Shown here: in pieces, positions 11,145-21,255 of the stretch | How positions within the stretch are numbered: position 1 is the first letter of the stretch | Layout of the letters: each line of letters opens with the position of its first letter | Source: Histomonas meleagridis 2922-C6/04-290x | Taxonomy: Eukaryota > Protista > Parabasalia | Assembly: GCA_020184695.1 (NCBI GenBank) | Contig: JAANOX010000101.1 | Span: 1 to 64,000, forward strand | Direction of reading: 5' to 3' | Length of the DNA stretch: 64,000 nt | Made by a program: the position numbers and the translations under genes | The notes under the pieces: model-generated | What the model saw: the letters and a program-made list of their open reading frames with translations, nothing else | What the model was told of the DNA's origin: nothing | The model's database searches: none

Positions 11145-14100
11145 ATGTCTGGAAAAAAGAAAGAATTCCAGTTTGATCTAAAAAAATTTACAGCTCTTGA
11201 AGAAAAAGATAAGCCAACTTATATTATTGAAGCTATTCAATCATTTGAATCATTAAAAAATGTTAAAAAGATTTCATCAAAAAATAAAATCCAAATGATC
11301 AAGGACTTATTAACAGAAATATCATTAAGCTACCAACTTCTAACCAATTGCATTGATGAAGTAGTTAGTATAATTCCTTCAATGTTTCAAATTGTTGGTG
11401 ATATTCCAAATGCCGATGATTATGTGTATTTTTATAATTCAATTTGTAGCTACGTTGTAGGGGTACCGGAGTTTTGTCAAAAATTACTTCCACTTACAGA
11501 TGTTTTATTTTCAAATAATTCATTTTGTAAATCATTTGTAGATAATCATTGTTTAGAGAGTTTAATTATGAAATTTACAGAGACTGGTCAAATCAATATT
11601 TTTTTCAATCTTATTCCGCATATTAAATCAGAATTATTTTTAACATATTTTACGACAAAACAATCAGCAGGCGAAATATATCGAATTTTGAATTATATTT
11701 GTATATCAAGTTTAGATCCTAAGTCAATATATTTTATATTAAGTTTTACCTTTCAATTAATTCCAAATATTTTTCGGAATGAAAATGGAATCATTAATCT
11801 TTTACTTGATGAGAAAATCTTTGATAAAATCAACAAAATTTTAATGAATTTTACGGCCAAAGAAATCTTAGACATTTATGGATATTTATTACCATGTACA
11901 ATTGATAGTGTTCAAATACCGATGAATCCAATTATTATTCGTGAACTATGTAAAATATATCAAAGTGTAAATAATGACATTAAGAATGGAATCATTAATT
12001 TTTTTGCATATCAAAACAATATCTTCTCGAATGAATTCTGTATTAATGATTCTCTTTTTTCATTAGAAAGTTGGTTTTGTAATTCGGTATGTGAAGACAT
12101 TGAACTCTTTAAGAAATATTCGATTTTAATTATGAATTGTTATAAAGTTTTTCCTGATTCAATAACATCATCGATACATAAAATTGTTGATTATATATCG
12201 CCATTATTTAAAGAAAATGTACTTTATTCCGAAATATTTAAATGGATGAATGATTTCTTAGAGAAAAATGCTGTTTCTAATTTAGTGTTTGATGATGAAT
12301 ATTTCATTGAGAAAATTATAATTGAAAATCCTTTGGATAATGTTTATGAATGTACAAAAAAATTTGATTCTTTTCATGATCTTTTTAGTTTATTATTCTC
12401 TACTAAAAGAACTAAATGGCATAAAGCAAATAACCTTAAAAGGATAATAGAACTTATAATGTTAGATAATGAATTAAAAGATTTTTTTGTCGATTTAATA
12501 CGTAATAATTATACTCCCGGAATGTTACGATATTTTTTTGATAATTTTTTGGATATCGAAATTCGAAATATATTTATGGAAACATTTTCTTTTAATTCAT
12601 TTAAACGAATTCAAGACATAATAGTTTCTGATATTTTTTGTCCTATTGAGAAAAACATTGATAAAATTGAAGAATTTTATGAGCCTTTATTAACATTTAT
12701 AGTTAAAGTTAATACACATTTTCATGATTATTTTTTCGATAAATGGGTTTTAGAATTACCTAAAGATTCGCCATTATTTTCATTATCAGGCGAAAAGATT
12801 AAAGAATTTGTCTTTCCTAAAAACCCATTTTTACCAATACAAATTCCTTCTTTATTATGTTTATGTGAACCTTTTCAAACGAAAGATCCATTAAATTTAT
12901 ATTTGATTAGTAATTATTCAATTCCGATATTATTAAAATTAGATTTACCACTTAATAAAATCCCTCCTTTACCTATAGCTATATCTCGATATTTAAGTCC
13001 TAAATATTTAGATATAATGACACAAAGTTATATCGATTGTGCTTTATTAGTGGATAAATTAGATACTGATGATAATTTTAATTTTTATGAGTTTTTGCCT
13101 GTTGGTATTCCTTCTTATATAATAATAAAGCAAAAATTAAATTCTTCTTTTTCATTCCAAGTAAAATTTATTCAACCTTTTGTTAATGAATATACATTTT
13201 TATATTTTAATAAAAAACAATTCATAATTTGGAAAGATCAAATAATCGTTGATGATAAATCTAAGAAAATACAATTTAATAAATGGATACAAATTATTTT
13301 AACTTGTGAAAAAGGTAAATTCTCGATTACAATTGATCATGAATTATTATATAGTTTTAATGTACCTGAACAAACTTTATTAGATATTGAATCATTTGGT
13401 AGTAAAAATCAATTACCTGAATTACCATTTTATATTGCTGAAACAATGAAAACTTTTAATTATAAAAATAATGAAATTGTAAACTCGGTAAATGTTGAAT
13501 ATTATACAAATGGAGTAATTTTAATTAAATATTTCTTTGTTACTTCGATTTATGAAGATTTTAATCAATTATCTATAGTATTTGCACGATTTGAAGAAGA
13601 AACAAATCCAACGAAATATGAAAAATTTATATTTTATATCTGTAAAATTATAAACTTTGTTAATGTTAAAAATATAGAAAAAGCAATTTCATATTTAATA
13701 TATTTAATCAAACAAAAAATTTCTTATGTAAAAGTTACATGGATAAATAGTGTATTTGATTGTATTGTTAATATAAAGAATGTAAAGAAAAGATCTTCTT
13801 TATTTAAAAACTTCTTTTATGATGTAGAATTATGGTCTTCTATCGAACCAACGATTTTATATAATTTCATTAAGAATTTAAATTATACTTTATCTAAAAA
13901 AGCTGATTTAATACAATTCGAATATCTTTATAAAACTGGAATTATTCGATTTTTGTTTTATTTAGTCTCATTTTTTGATTATAAACCATTACTTGAATCT
14001 TTAGAATCATTTTTGTTTTTATTAATTTCTTATATAAAAAATTCACAAATATATTCATCATTAACAGAAATTGTTCATATGACAAATATGTGGACATTTT

Positions 14101-17100
14101 CTATCACTAAAAATAAAATTGGAAATTTGTTTTTGTCATTTAATAATGAATCTTCTGTACAAGATTTATTTACACGATTAATATTTGAATCCGAAAACAT
14201 TGGAAATTTAACTTTATTAAACTTTGATTCTTTATTATATTTATCATTTGTTTTACCTAAAGAAACCGGTTTCAAATGTTTTATGCGAGTATTAAATTCT
14301 TATAATGATTCTAAATATTTATCAATTGTTTGTAATACATCTAAAAGATATTCTAATGTTGAAGAATTACATAATTTTGTGAATAAAAATATCGAAGATA
14401 AGAACAAATTAGAATTATTTATACCAATTTTATTAACAATTGATATTGCTTATTGGAATAATAGTGATTCGAGTTCATTTAAATTAAGAACTGATAGTGA
14501 AATCCTAAATCCGAAAATTCTTTTAAACCCAAATATATATCCATATTTCTTAGAGTTTTTACAAACAGAAAATGTACATTTACCAACTGTTTCTGTTGAT
14601 CAAAATCTTTATAAATATATACCTATTAATTTTTCACAAAACATTTTCGGTGAAATTGAACTTGAATATCCAAAATTTATTAATAAACTTTCAGAATATT
14701 TATCGAATTATACAATACATCCACCTTATTCATCAGATTTCATACAATTTTTCGGAAGTTTCGTTACGAATATAATTTTTATGGCTATTAAAGACTCATC
14801 ATTTATAAAGGATTTCTTATATACAATGATATCTCATGCAAATATATATTTACAAATTGCAGTATTTACTAAATGTTTTAATCGTTTTACTATTCATCGA
14901 ATTTATGTTAAAGGTGTCGAAATATTTATTAATACATTATTAATTACATCGTTACAAAACTCGAAAATTATTCAAGATTTAAACTTATTTAAAAGTTTAT
15001 TAAGTTGTGCAGAATCATATAAAATATTATATAAAGAATTCATGAATTTATTTATATTTATTTTGGATGAAATTACTAATGATGAAATTGATATATTAAT
15101 CGATTATATGTTAAATAACTTTAAAACATCTAAAAAACCAAACACACAAAATTTACAATATTTAATATATCATTTCTTAAAGCGTAAAATTCCAACCGAA
15201 TTTCCTAAATCACTTGAATTATATACATTATTTTTAACTACTATAAGAAATAAATGGTCATTTCGTAAAGTGGATATAAAAGAATTTTTAAATTTATCAT
15301 ATGAATCACAAATCAAAACTGTTGATTTTGGTGAATATTTAGTATATTTGGAATCACTTTTCACAGCTAATAAAAGAATTTATTCGATAAAATTAATTGA
15401 TAAATTAAATCAATCATTAAAGACAATTCATTCAGAAGACAAATCAGAAGAATTCATTAAATTTTTATATTCACGTGCAGCATATAGTTCATATTTATGT
15501 GACACAATGTTAAATGATTTTTATAGTAATATGAATCAATATTTAATTATACAAGAATATCAAATTACAAAATTCCATCAAATACAATTAAAATGTAAAT
15601 CACAAATTACGAAAGAATTAAAAACTAAATCATATAAAATTTCACCATTTGCTTTACCAAGTGTTTGTTCGACAATTATAATTCCTTCTCCTTTTAAGAT
15701 TTATGCACCTAATGAAATACAACCTGAACCAGTAATAGTTAACTCAGCAAAATATTTCGGTATGTTACCTTCCAATCAATTTAAAGTTCCTTCCGAATTC
15801 CCAAAGTATATCTTCAAATATTCGACGTTATTTGATATGGATAACAAAAGTATAATTACTAAACTTTTTAACTTTAGATATCCAAATATAGAAAACCCTT
15901 TGAATTGTAAACTCGTTTATGCATTTTCAACTGTACATTGCGTTTTATTCAAGCAAAAAGATAAAAAAGATTTTTACTTGTTCTTAAACGCAAAATATGA
16001 AAATGATCAAATTAATTTACTCGATTTTCATTATGATACAAAAATTGCAATTTTCGAATCAATTCTTTTAAATGAATTTGGTAAATATTCATTGTTCTGT
16101 GGACATTTCATTGTTAAATTATCTAAAAAGAATTTCTTAATGGTCAAAAAACACATTTATAGCGCTATACCAACAGCGATCATTTTCTCCTCAATTACGC
16201 AGGGAACGTTTATTATCGTCTTCGAAGAAAATCCAGTTTTTGAATGCTTCTCTTCACCTTTGGCTCATGTCGACTTAAAGGAAAGCAAAGAAAGTTGGTT
16301 AAATTGTAGAATGTCGAATCTTGACTATATAAATGTGTTGAACTTTCATGCTAATAGATCTTTTACTGATCCATCAGCTTATCCAATCTCTCCTTGTGTT
16401 TTAAGAGATTTAACTGGAGATCATTTCGAACTTGGAAATAATATTAGGCCTTTAGATACACCTGTGGATATAGTGGGAGATAAAGATCCAAAACATGAGC
16501 AATTTAAAGCAAGGTTTAGAAATCAAAAATTTCATCATGCAGAAAACATATCAAATTCTATGAACGTTTCATTGACGTTTTGTAGATTCGAACCTTATTG
16601 TAGATTCCAATGGAAGGTTAATGATGGTTGGGATAAAGGTGAGCGAAACTTTTTCTCTTTTCCGAAATCAATAACTATTCGTCCAACAACACATTATGAA
16701 TTAACTCCGGAATTCTTTTGTTTCCCTGAAATATTTTTAAATTTAAACAAGTTTGTGTTGCCTGGTGGTGATTCTTTTGATATTGTTATTCCAAAATGGT
16801 CACCAAATATATTTAGATTTATTGAACAACATAGACATGCATTAGAATCACTTGAAGTTAGAAGGAATATCCATAGTTGGTTTGATATTACCTTTGGTTA
16901 TAAGTTAAGTGGCCCAGCAGCTGAAGAAGCTTTAAATGTGTTTAATCCATTGTCATATGTTTCAATGGATGCGACTGAGAGTGAAATATCTCAAAAGCAT
17001 AAATGGGCTAAAGCATGTGGAACTGTTCCGTGTCAACTTTTTAATGAGCCACATAGTCCTTCTATTGAGCGCGGCAAATTTGATCCATTAAATTTTGTTT

Positions 17101-17750
17101 ACACATTAAATTCAGATGTTTACACAGAGACCGTTAACATTCCGAAAGAAATTTTACAAAATTCAATTCATGAATCATTTTCACAACGAAAAGCGTTTTG
17201 TGTTGTAACATATGATAATTATAAGTCCACTATTTATAAAATAACTGAAGAAAGACAATTTGTTAGTCAAATTACGATGTTTCGTAATGAAGCCAAATTT
17301 TCATATATATCAGAGAAACAATTAATGTGCGTCACTGTTTGTACTAATGAAATCATAATATGGTCAATCTCTAATGGGTTCATCACGAATATAATTCCTA
17401 TCAAAAAAGTTAACGCATTAAAAATTGACGAAGATATTAATTCGATGTTTATTGGAGTCGGAAAGAAAATGCTTCAATACACTTTAAATGGTTTCTTGGT
17501 TAGAGAAATAGAATTTGATGACGAAATTACTGCAATCACTTGTTTCGGTACCGGATTTTCGATATTCGATAAATATGCAATTGTTGGACATCGAAATGGA
17601 AAAATTAGAATTTGTTCAATTTGTTTCGATACTGGTGAATTCATGGTGATACAAGAAAAGAAATTGTCGCAATGCTCGATACAGAATATAAAGGTCGACA
17701 TTAGCTTGTGCGAAGTCTCTGTTTATGATTGGGAATTTGTTCTCAAATAA
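11145..17750 (+). CDS. BEACH-domain protein with C-terminal WD40-like region
   Basis: MSNLDYINVLNFHANRSFTDPSAYPISP, ELTPEFFCFPEIFLNLN, FIEQHRHALES, IHSWFDITFGYKLSGPAAEEALNVF, ACGTVPCQLFNEPH match BEACH consensus blocks. Confidence 0.92.
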   Translation: MSGKKKEFQFDLKKFTALEEKDKPTYIIEAIQSFESLKNVKKISSKNKIQMIKDLLTEISLSYQLLTNCIDEVVSIIPSMFQIVGDIPNADDYVYFYNSICSYVVGVPEFCQKLLPLTDVLFSNNSFCKSFVDNHCLESLIMKFTETGQINIFFNLIPHIKSELFLTYFTTKQSAGEIYRILNYICISSLDPKSIYFILSFTFQLIPNIFRNENGIINLLLDEKIFDKINKILMNFTAKEILDIYGYLLPCTIDSVQIPMNPIIIRELCKIYQSVNNDIKNGIINFFAYQNNIFSNEFCINDSLFSLESWFCNSVCEDIELFKKYSILIMNCYKVFPDSITSSIHKIVDYISPLFKENVLYSEIFKWMNDFLEKNAVSNLVFDDEYFIEKIIIENPLDNVYECTKKFDSFHDLFSLLFSTKRTKWHKANNLKRIIELIMLDNELKDFFVDLIRNNYTPGMLRYFFDNFLDIEIRNIFMETFSFNSFKRIQDIIVSDIFCPIEKNIDKIEEFYEPLLTFIVKVNTHFHDYFFDKWVLELPKDSPLFSLSGEKIKEFVFPKNPFLPIQIPSLLCLCEPFQTKDPLNLYLISNYSIPILLKLDLPLNKIPPLPIAISRYLSPKYLDIMTQSYIDCALLVDKLDTDDNFNFYEFLPVGIPSYIIIKQKLNSSFSFQVKFIQPFVNEYTFLYFNKKQFIIWKDQIIVDDKSKKIQFNKWIQIILTCEKGKFSITIDHELLYSFNVPEQTLLDIESFGSKNQLPELPFYIAETMKTFNYKNNEIVNSVNVEYYTNGVILIKYFFVTSIYEDFNQLSIVFARFEEETNPTKYEKFIFYICKIINFVNVKNIEKAISYLIYLIKQKISYVKVTWINSVFDCIVNIKNVKKRSSLFKNFFYDVELWSSIEPTILYNFIKNLNYTLSKKADLIQFEYLYKTGIIRFLFYLVSFFDYKPLLESLESFLFLLISYIKNSQIYSSLTEIVHMTNMWTFSITKNKIGNLFLSFNNESSVQDLFTRLIFESENIGNLTLLNFDSLLYLSFVLPKETGFKCFMRVLNSYNDSKYLSIVCNTSKRYSNVEELHNFVNKNIEDKNKLELFIPILLTIDIAYWNNSDSSSFKLRTDSEILNPKILLNPNIYPYFLEFLQTENVHLPTVSVDQNLYKYIPINFSQNIFGEIELEYPKFINKLSEYLSNYTIHPPYSSDFIQFFGSFVTNIIFMAIKDSSFIKDFLYTMISHANIYLQIAVFTKCFNRFTIHRIYVKGVEIFINTLLITSLQNSKIIQDLNLFKSLLSCAESYKILYKEFMNLFIFILDEITNDEIDILIDYMLNNFKTSKKPNTQNLQYLIYHFLKRKIPTEFPKSLELYTLFLTTIRNKWSFRKVDIKEFLNLSYESQIKTVDFGEYLVYLESLFTANKRIYSIKLIDKLNQSLKTIHSEDKSEEFIKFLYSRAAYSSYLCDTMLNDFYSNMNQYLIIQEYQITKFHQIQLKCKSQITKELKTKSYKISPFALPSVCSTIIIPSPFKIYAPNEIQPEPVIVNSAKYFGMLPSNQFKVPSEFPKYIFKYSTLFDMDNKSIITKLFNFRYPNIENPLNCKLVYAFSTVHCVLFKQKDKKDFYLFLNAKYENDQINLLDFHYDTKIAIFESILLNEFGKYSLFCGHFIVKLSKKNFLMVKKHIYSAIPTAIIFSSITQGTFIIVFEENPVFECFSSPLAHVDLKESKESWLNCRMSNLDYINVLNFHANRSFTDPSAYPISPCVLRDLTGDHFELGNNIRPLDTPVDIVGDKDPKHEQFKARFRNQKFHHAENISNSMNVSLTFCRFEPYCRFQWKVNDGWDKGERNFFSFPKSITIRPTTHYELTPEFFCFPEIFLNLNKFVLPGGDSFDIVIPKWSPNIFRFIEQHRHALESLEVRRNIHSWFDITFGYKLSGPAAEEALNVFNPLSYVSMDATESEISQKHKWAKACGTVPCQLFNEPHSPSIERGKFDPLNFVYTLNSDVYTETVNIPKEILQNSIHESFSQRKAFCVVTYDNYKSTIYKITEERQFVSQITMFRNEAKFSYISEKQLMCVTVCTNEIIIWSISNGFITNIIPIKKVNALKIDEDINSMFIGVGKKMLQYTLNGFLVREIEFDDEITAITCFGTGFSIFDKYAIVGHRNGKIRICSICFDTGEFMVIQEKKLSQCSIQNIKVDISLCEVSVYDWEFVLK

Positions 17751-18040
17751 GAAATTTTTTGTAATTTTTTTTTTTTCAAAATAAAATAGTTCGGAAATAA
17801 TAATATTTTTTTTTCTTTTGATGAAAAATATCAATACTTCAGATGAAGTTTTTGAAAATGGAAATTTCCAAAATTTTGTGTTTTTTTCCCAGAATTATTA
17901 TTGCAAAAAACGAATAATAACCGTAATTTGAACACAATATTGACTCAAACGACTGCAATTAAGTAGTGAAAAACGCGGGATGATGTAGTCAAAAAGTGGG
18001 AAAGTGTAAACAAAAATGCTTAGAACAGAACTTGGGAAAA

Positions 18041-19276
18041 ATGAGGGTCAATAGCCAAAAAACACATTTCCTTTCAGTTAGAAAAGCATTCCAAATAGAC
18101 GGTATCGAGCCTTGCCCTTCTGATGATCATGCTGTTCTGGTTTGGTCAGATAACATATACGATGGCGATTCAACATTTAAAATTCAACCATGGCAGGTAA
18201 TAAACAGAGTTCCCATGATAAAAGTAATATGTCGTAAAGTTCCAATGGAGATTGTTCTGGATAATATCGCAAAATTTTATCCTAACGAATATAATTTTAT
18301 ACCAAAAACATTTTTACTTCCATCAAAACAAAAAAAATTTATTTCAGCTTTAACAAATACAGGGAAGACTTATATTGTTAAACCAAGTTTAGGTTCATTG
18401 GGAAATGGAATTAAAATATACAATTCACCAGAACAATATCAACCATCAAGAATTCGTGCTGTTGCACAAGAATACATTGAGTCATATTTAATTGACGATA
18501 CCAAATTTGATCTCAGAGTATATGCATTAATCGCTTCTGTTAATCCTCTTCGAATATACGTTTACCATGATGGAATTGCACGATTTTGCACAGAAAAAGC
18601 AGGCAATGATTCTATTTTTTCACAACTTACAAATGTTGCCATCAATAAGAAAAAAGTTGCCGATGGGAAAGACATATCCGAAATATCTCGATTCATCTCA
18701 GATGTTTTTCAAATACTCAAAGATGATGGTATTGATACTGATAAACTTTGGGTTGAAATCGAAGATTGCATCGGTCTGACGATCATATCGTCGTTGAAAT
18801 TCATCCTCAAAAGTGAAGTGGGAAATGACCTCACTCATTCAGAAATTCCGCGTTGTTTTCAAATTCTTGGCTTTGATATATTGTTAGACAAGAATGCAAA
18901 GCCTTATGTCTTAGAAGTGAATTATAGGCCATTATTAAATTATTATAGAGGCAAAGAGAAAAGACTTAAATCAAAAATGATTGCAGATGCAATTCTTCTT
19001 TCTGCACCATTTAGTTCATTACAAGAATTAATCGATTCAAGAATGTGGGGTTGGGATGAACAGAAATGGAAACAAGCAATTCACGAAAATAATATCATCA
19101 AAAATAGAATTAGAATAGAAAGAAAAGAATACGAAAAGAATACTCTGTATCATAAAGTTTGGCCATCTAAAAAGAAACATCGGAAAATTTGGAGTCAAAT
19201 AATAAATAAAGTCATGGAAGAAAAGTTACCACGACTTCCTGGTATAACGAACAAATACAAAACTCTTATAGAATAA
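18041..19276 (+). CDS. Tubulin-tyrosine ligase-like (TTLL) polyglutamylase/glycylase family
   Basis: FIPKTFLLP, YIVKP...GNGI, AQEYI...KFDLRVY, QLTNVAINK, CFQILGFDILLD...PYVLEVNYRP. First in-frame ATG is at 18041 (the ORF track starts at GTG 17996). Confidence 0.93.
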   Translation: MRVNSQKTHFLSVRKAFQIDGIEPCPSDDHAVLVWSDNIYDGDSTFKIQPWQVINRVPMIKVICRKVPMEIVLDNIAKFYPNEYNFIPKTFLLPSKQKKFISALTNTGKTYIVKPSLGSLGNGIKIYNSPEQYQPSRIRAVAQEYIESYLIDDTKFDLRVYALIASVNPLRIYVYHDGIARFCTEKAGNDSIFSQLTNVAINKKKVADGKDISEISRFISDVFQILKDDGIDTDKLWVEIEDCIGLTIISSLKFILKSEVGNDLTHSEIPRCFQILGFDILLDKNAKPYVLEVNYRPLLNYYRGKEKRLKSKMIADAILLSAPFSSLQELIDSRMWGWDEQKWKQAIHENNIIKNRIRIERKEYEKNTLYHKVWPSKKKHRKIWSQIINKVMEEKLPRLPGITNKYKTLIE

Positions 19277-19465
19277 ATATTAAATTTTGCGTAAATTTTT
19301 ATTTCCGGCATTATTGATAATTATGTCATTCTCCTCCTTTCGGGGTGGCCCAATTTCTTCTGTTTGGTTTTGTGTTTGTCTGACCGATTATTGAGAGGTT
19401 ATCGTCAGTGTAAAGTGCACAAAAAATTAAATGGTTTTCGCACGTTAAAAATATTCAATAGCAGG

Positions 19466-20094
19466 ATGGCGAGCAGTTGTGATTTTATTTATAAAATTCT
19501 CATTGTTGGGGATTCATGCGTAGGGAAAAGTTGCCTTTTGCTCCAATTTTCAGATAAAACATTTAGTGAAGTATCTTTATTTTATAACTCCAGAATTATG
19601 TTTCAACAATTGGCGTTGATTTCAAAATTAGAACAATAGACTTAAATGATAGACAAATAAAACTTCAGATTTGGGATACAGCCGGGCAAGAAAGATTTCA
19701 ATCAATAACAGCAAATTATTATCATGGATCTCATGCAATTGCTATAGTTTACGATATAACAAATAGAAAGTCATTTGAAAATATCAGGAAATGGCTTTCT
19801 GACGTAGATCGGCTGGCAAATCCTCTTGTATGTAAATTTATTATCGGAAACAAAGAAGATCTTAGTGATAAACGTGCTGTTTCTACTGAAGAAGGGCAAG
19901 AATTCGCAAACAAATTAGGTGTACCTTTTATGGAGACATCTGCAAAAACAGCATATAATGTACAAGAAATGTTTACAAGAATGACAGAAGCAATATATAA
20001 TCGCCAAGGCAACCAAACAACAACCAGTGCACTTGAGATGAATCTTAACAATTTTGGAAGGGGTGAAACGATTGGAAATAATTGTCCTTGTTAA
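19466..20094 (+). CDS. RAB1: Rab1-like GTPase with one 23-nt intron (19571-19593)
   Basis: Splicing GTATCTTTATTTTATAACTCCAG gives ...GDSCVGKS...FSE|[14 protein letters not shown]...WDTAGQERF...GNKED...ETSAK...NNCPC* with a CXC prenylation end. Confidence 0.92.
19571..19593 (+). other. Canonical 23-nt spliceosomal intron
   Basis: GT...TAACTCCAG; removal restores the Rab effector loop in phase 0. Confidence 0.9.
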
Positions 20095-20211
20095 TAAAAA
20101 ATGGCCTTAATAGTTTATTCTGAATTATGACATGTTGTAATTTTTGTTGATTAAGTTAAAAATTAATAATTTCAAAATTTCAATTTCAATTATTTTTGGA
20201 AAAACCAGTGT

Positions 20212-21177
20212 TTATACATAAAACGATTCATCAGCTGGTAGCTCTTTCATTAAAGCTTCGCGTTGTTCGTCACTAAGTTTCTTTGGGAATTCAATTTCTA
20301 TGTTCAAAATGAGATCGCCTCTTATTGATGTATCGAGATAATAAGGAAGACCAGCGCCTTTAACTCGCTTTTGACCTCCGTGCATTGCACCAGCTTCAAT
20401 TTCGATGTTTATTTTTTCGCCATCGAAATTATCAAACTCAACTACAGAGCCCTTGATAGCATCAGCCAAGCTCACAGTGAGTGTAGAAATGACATCAACG
20501 CCATCACGGATGAACTTTTTATCAGGTTTTGTGTATGCAATAAATATAACATCAGATGCACCACGAGAATGTTCATCATCACCGAGTCCTTTGACATAAA
20601 CACGATGGAATTCCATTGCACCTGGTGGAATTGCAACTTTATGTTTTACAATTTGTTCGATTAATGGATTCTTTCGGCATCTAACGCATGATTTTTGGCC
20701 ACTAGGACATTCGCACTTGGATGTACGAATTACAGAAACAGTTCTTTCGCCACCTGTGAGAAAATCTTTGAGAGGAAATTGGATGGGATAAAATATGACT
20801 CCACCACTTCGAGCAAGTTCTTGTGGGAGACGAGCTAACAAGCGCTTAAGCTCTGCAATGGCAGCATCACATTGATAACCTAAAACTTCAAAATTTGTGA
20901 TGTTGATGGCTGATTCTGGAAGATTGTCATAAAGAGCTCTTGATTCTGGATTACCAATTACTCCAAATGCAAACTCTATTGCTTTGTAGCTGTTTAATCT
21001 TTTCTTACTTGGATTTAATATTTTTGTTTTTTGTGAAATGTATCTCTTGAAAGATCGCATTATATCGCGTTGAGTAGAATCCTTTTTCAGCCCAATTAAT
21101 TGGTAAAGATTATTCATCGCATATTCGGGAATATTTAATCTTTGGACAAAAGCTAGAAGAGAGATCAGAACCAACAT
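20212..21177 (-). CDS. DnaJ/Hsp40-like protein with signal peptide (ERdj3-like), degenerate J domain
   Basis: ATG at 21177 gives MLVLISLLAF; J-like LYQLIGLKKDSTQRDI...AFGVIGNPESRALYD; DnaJ C-terminal G.GD...GASDV, KGAGLP...RGDLILNIEIEFPKKLS. Confidence 0.85.
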   Translation of the reverse strand: MLVLISLLAFVQRLNIPEYAMNNLYQLIGLKKDSTQRDIMRSFKRYISQKTKILNPSKKRLNSYKAIEFAFGVIGNPESRALYDNLPESAINITNFEVLGYQCDAAIAELKRLLARLPQELARSGGVIFYPIQFPLKDFLTGGERTVSVIRTSKCECPSGQKSCVRCRKNPLIEQIVKHKVAIPPGAMEFHRVYVKGLGDDEHSRGASDVIFIAYTKPDKKFIRDGVDVISTLTVSLADAIKGSVVEFDNFDGEKINIEIEAGAMHGGQKRVKGAGLPYYLDTSIRGDLILNIEIEFPKKLSDEQREALMKELPADESFYV

Positions 21178-21255
21178 TAGCTTCAACCAAATAAAGTGGG
21201 GTACCCCATTTATGTGTATTTTTGAGTTATTATTTGGTCGAATATTGGTAATAAG

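Noticed and set aside
17996-18040. N-terminal extensions from GTG/TTG starts in the ORF track (also 21291, 51459, 59176, 59169, 61594)
   Set aside because: Eukaryotic genes; downstream ATGs match family N-termini and leave room for promoter motifs.
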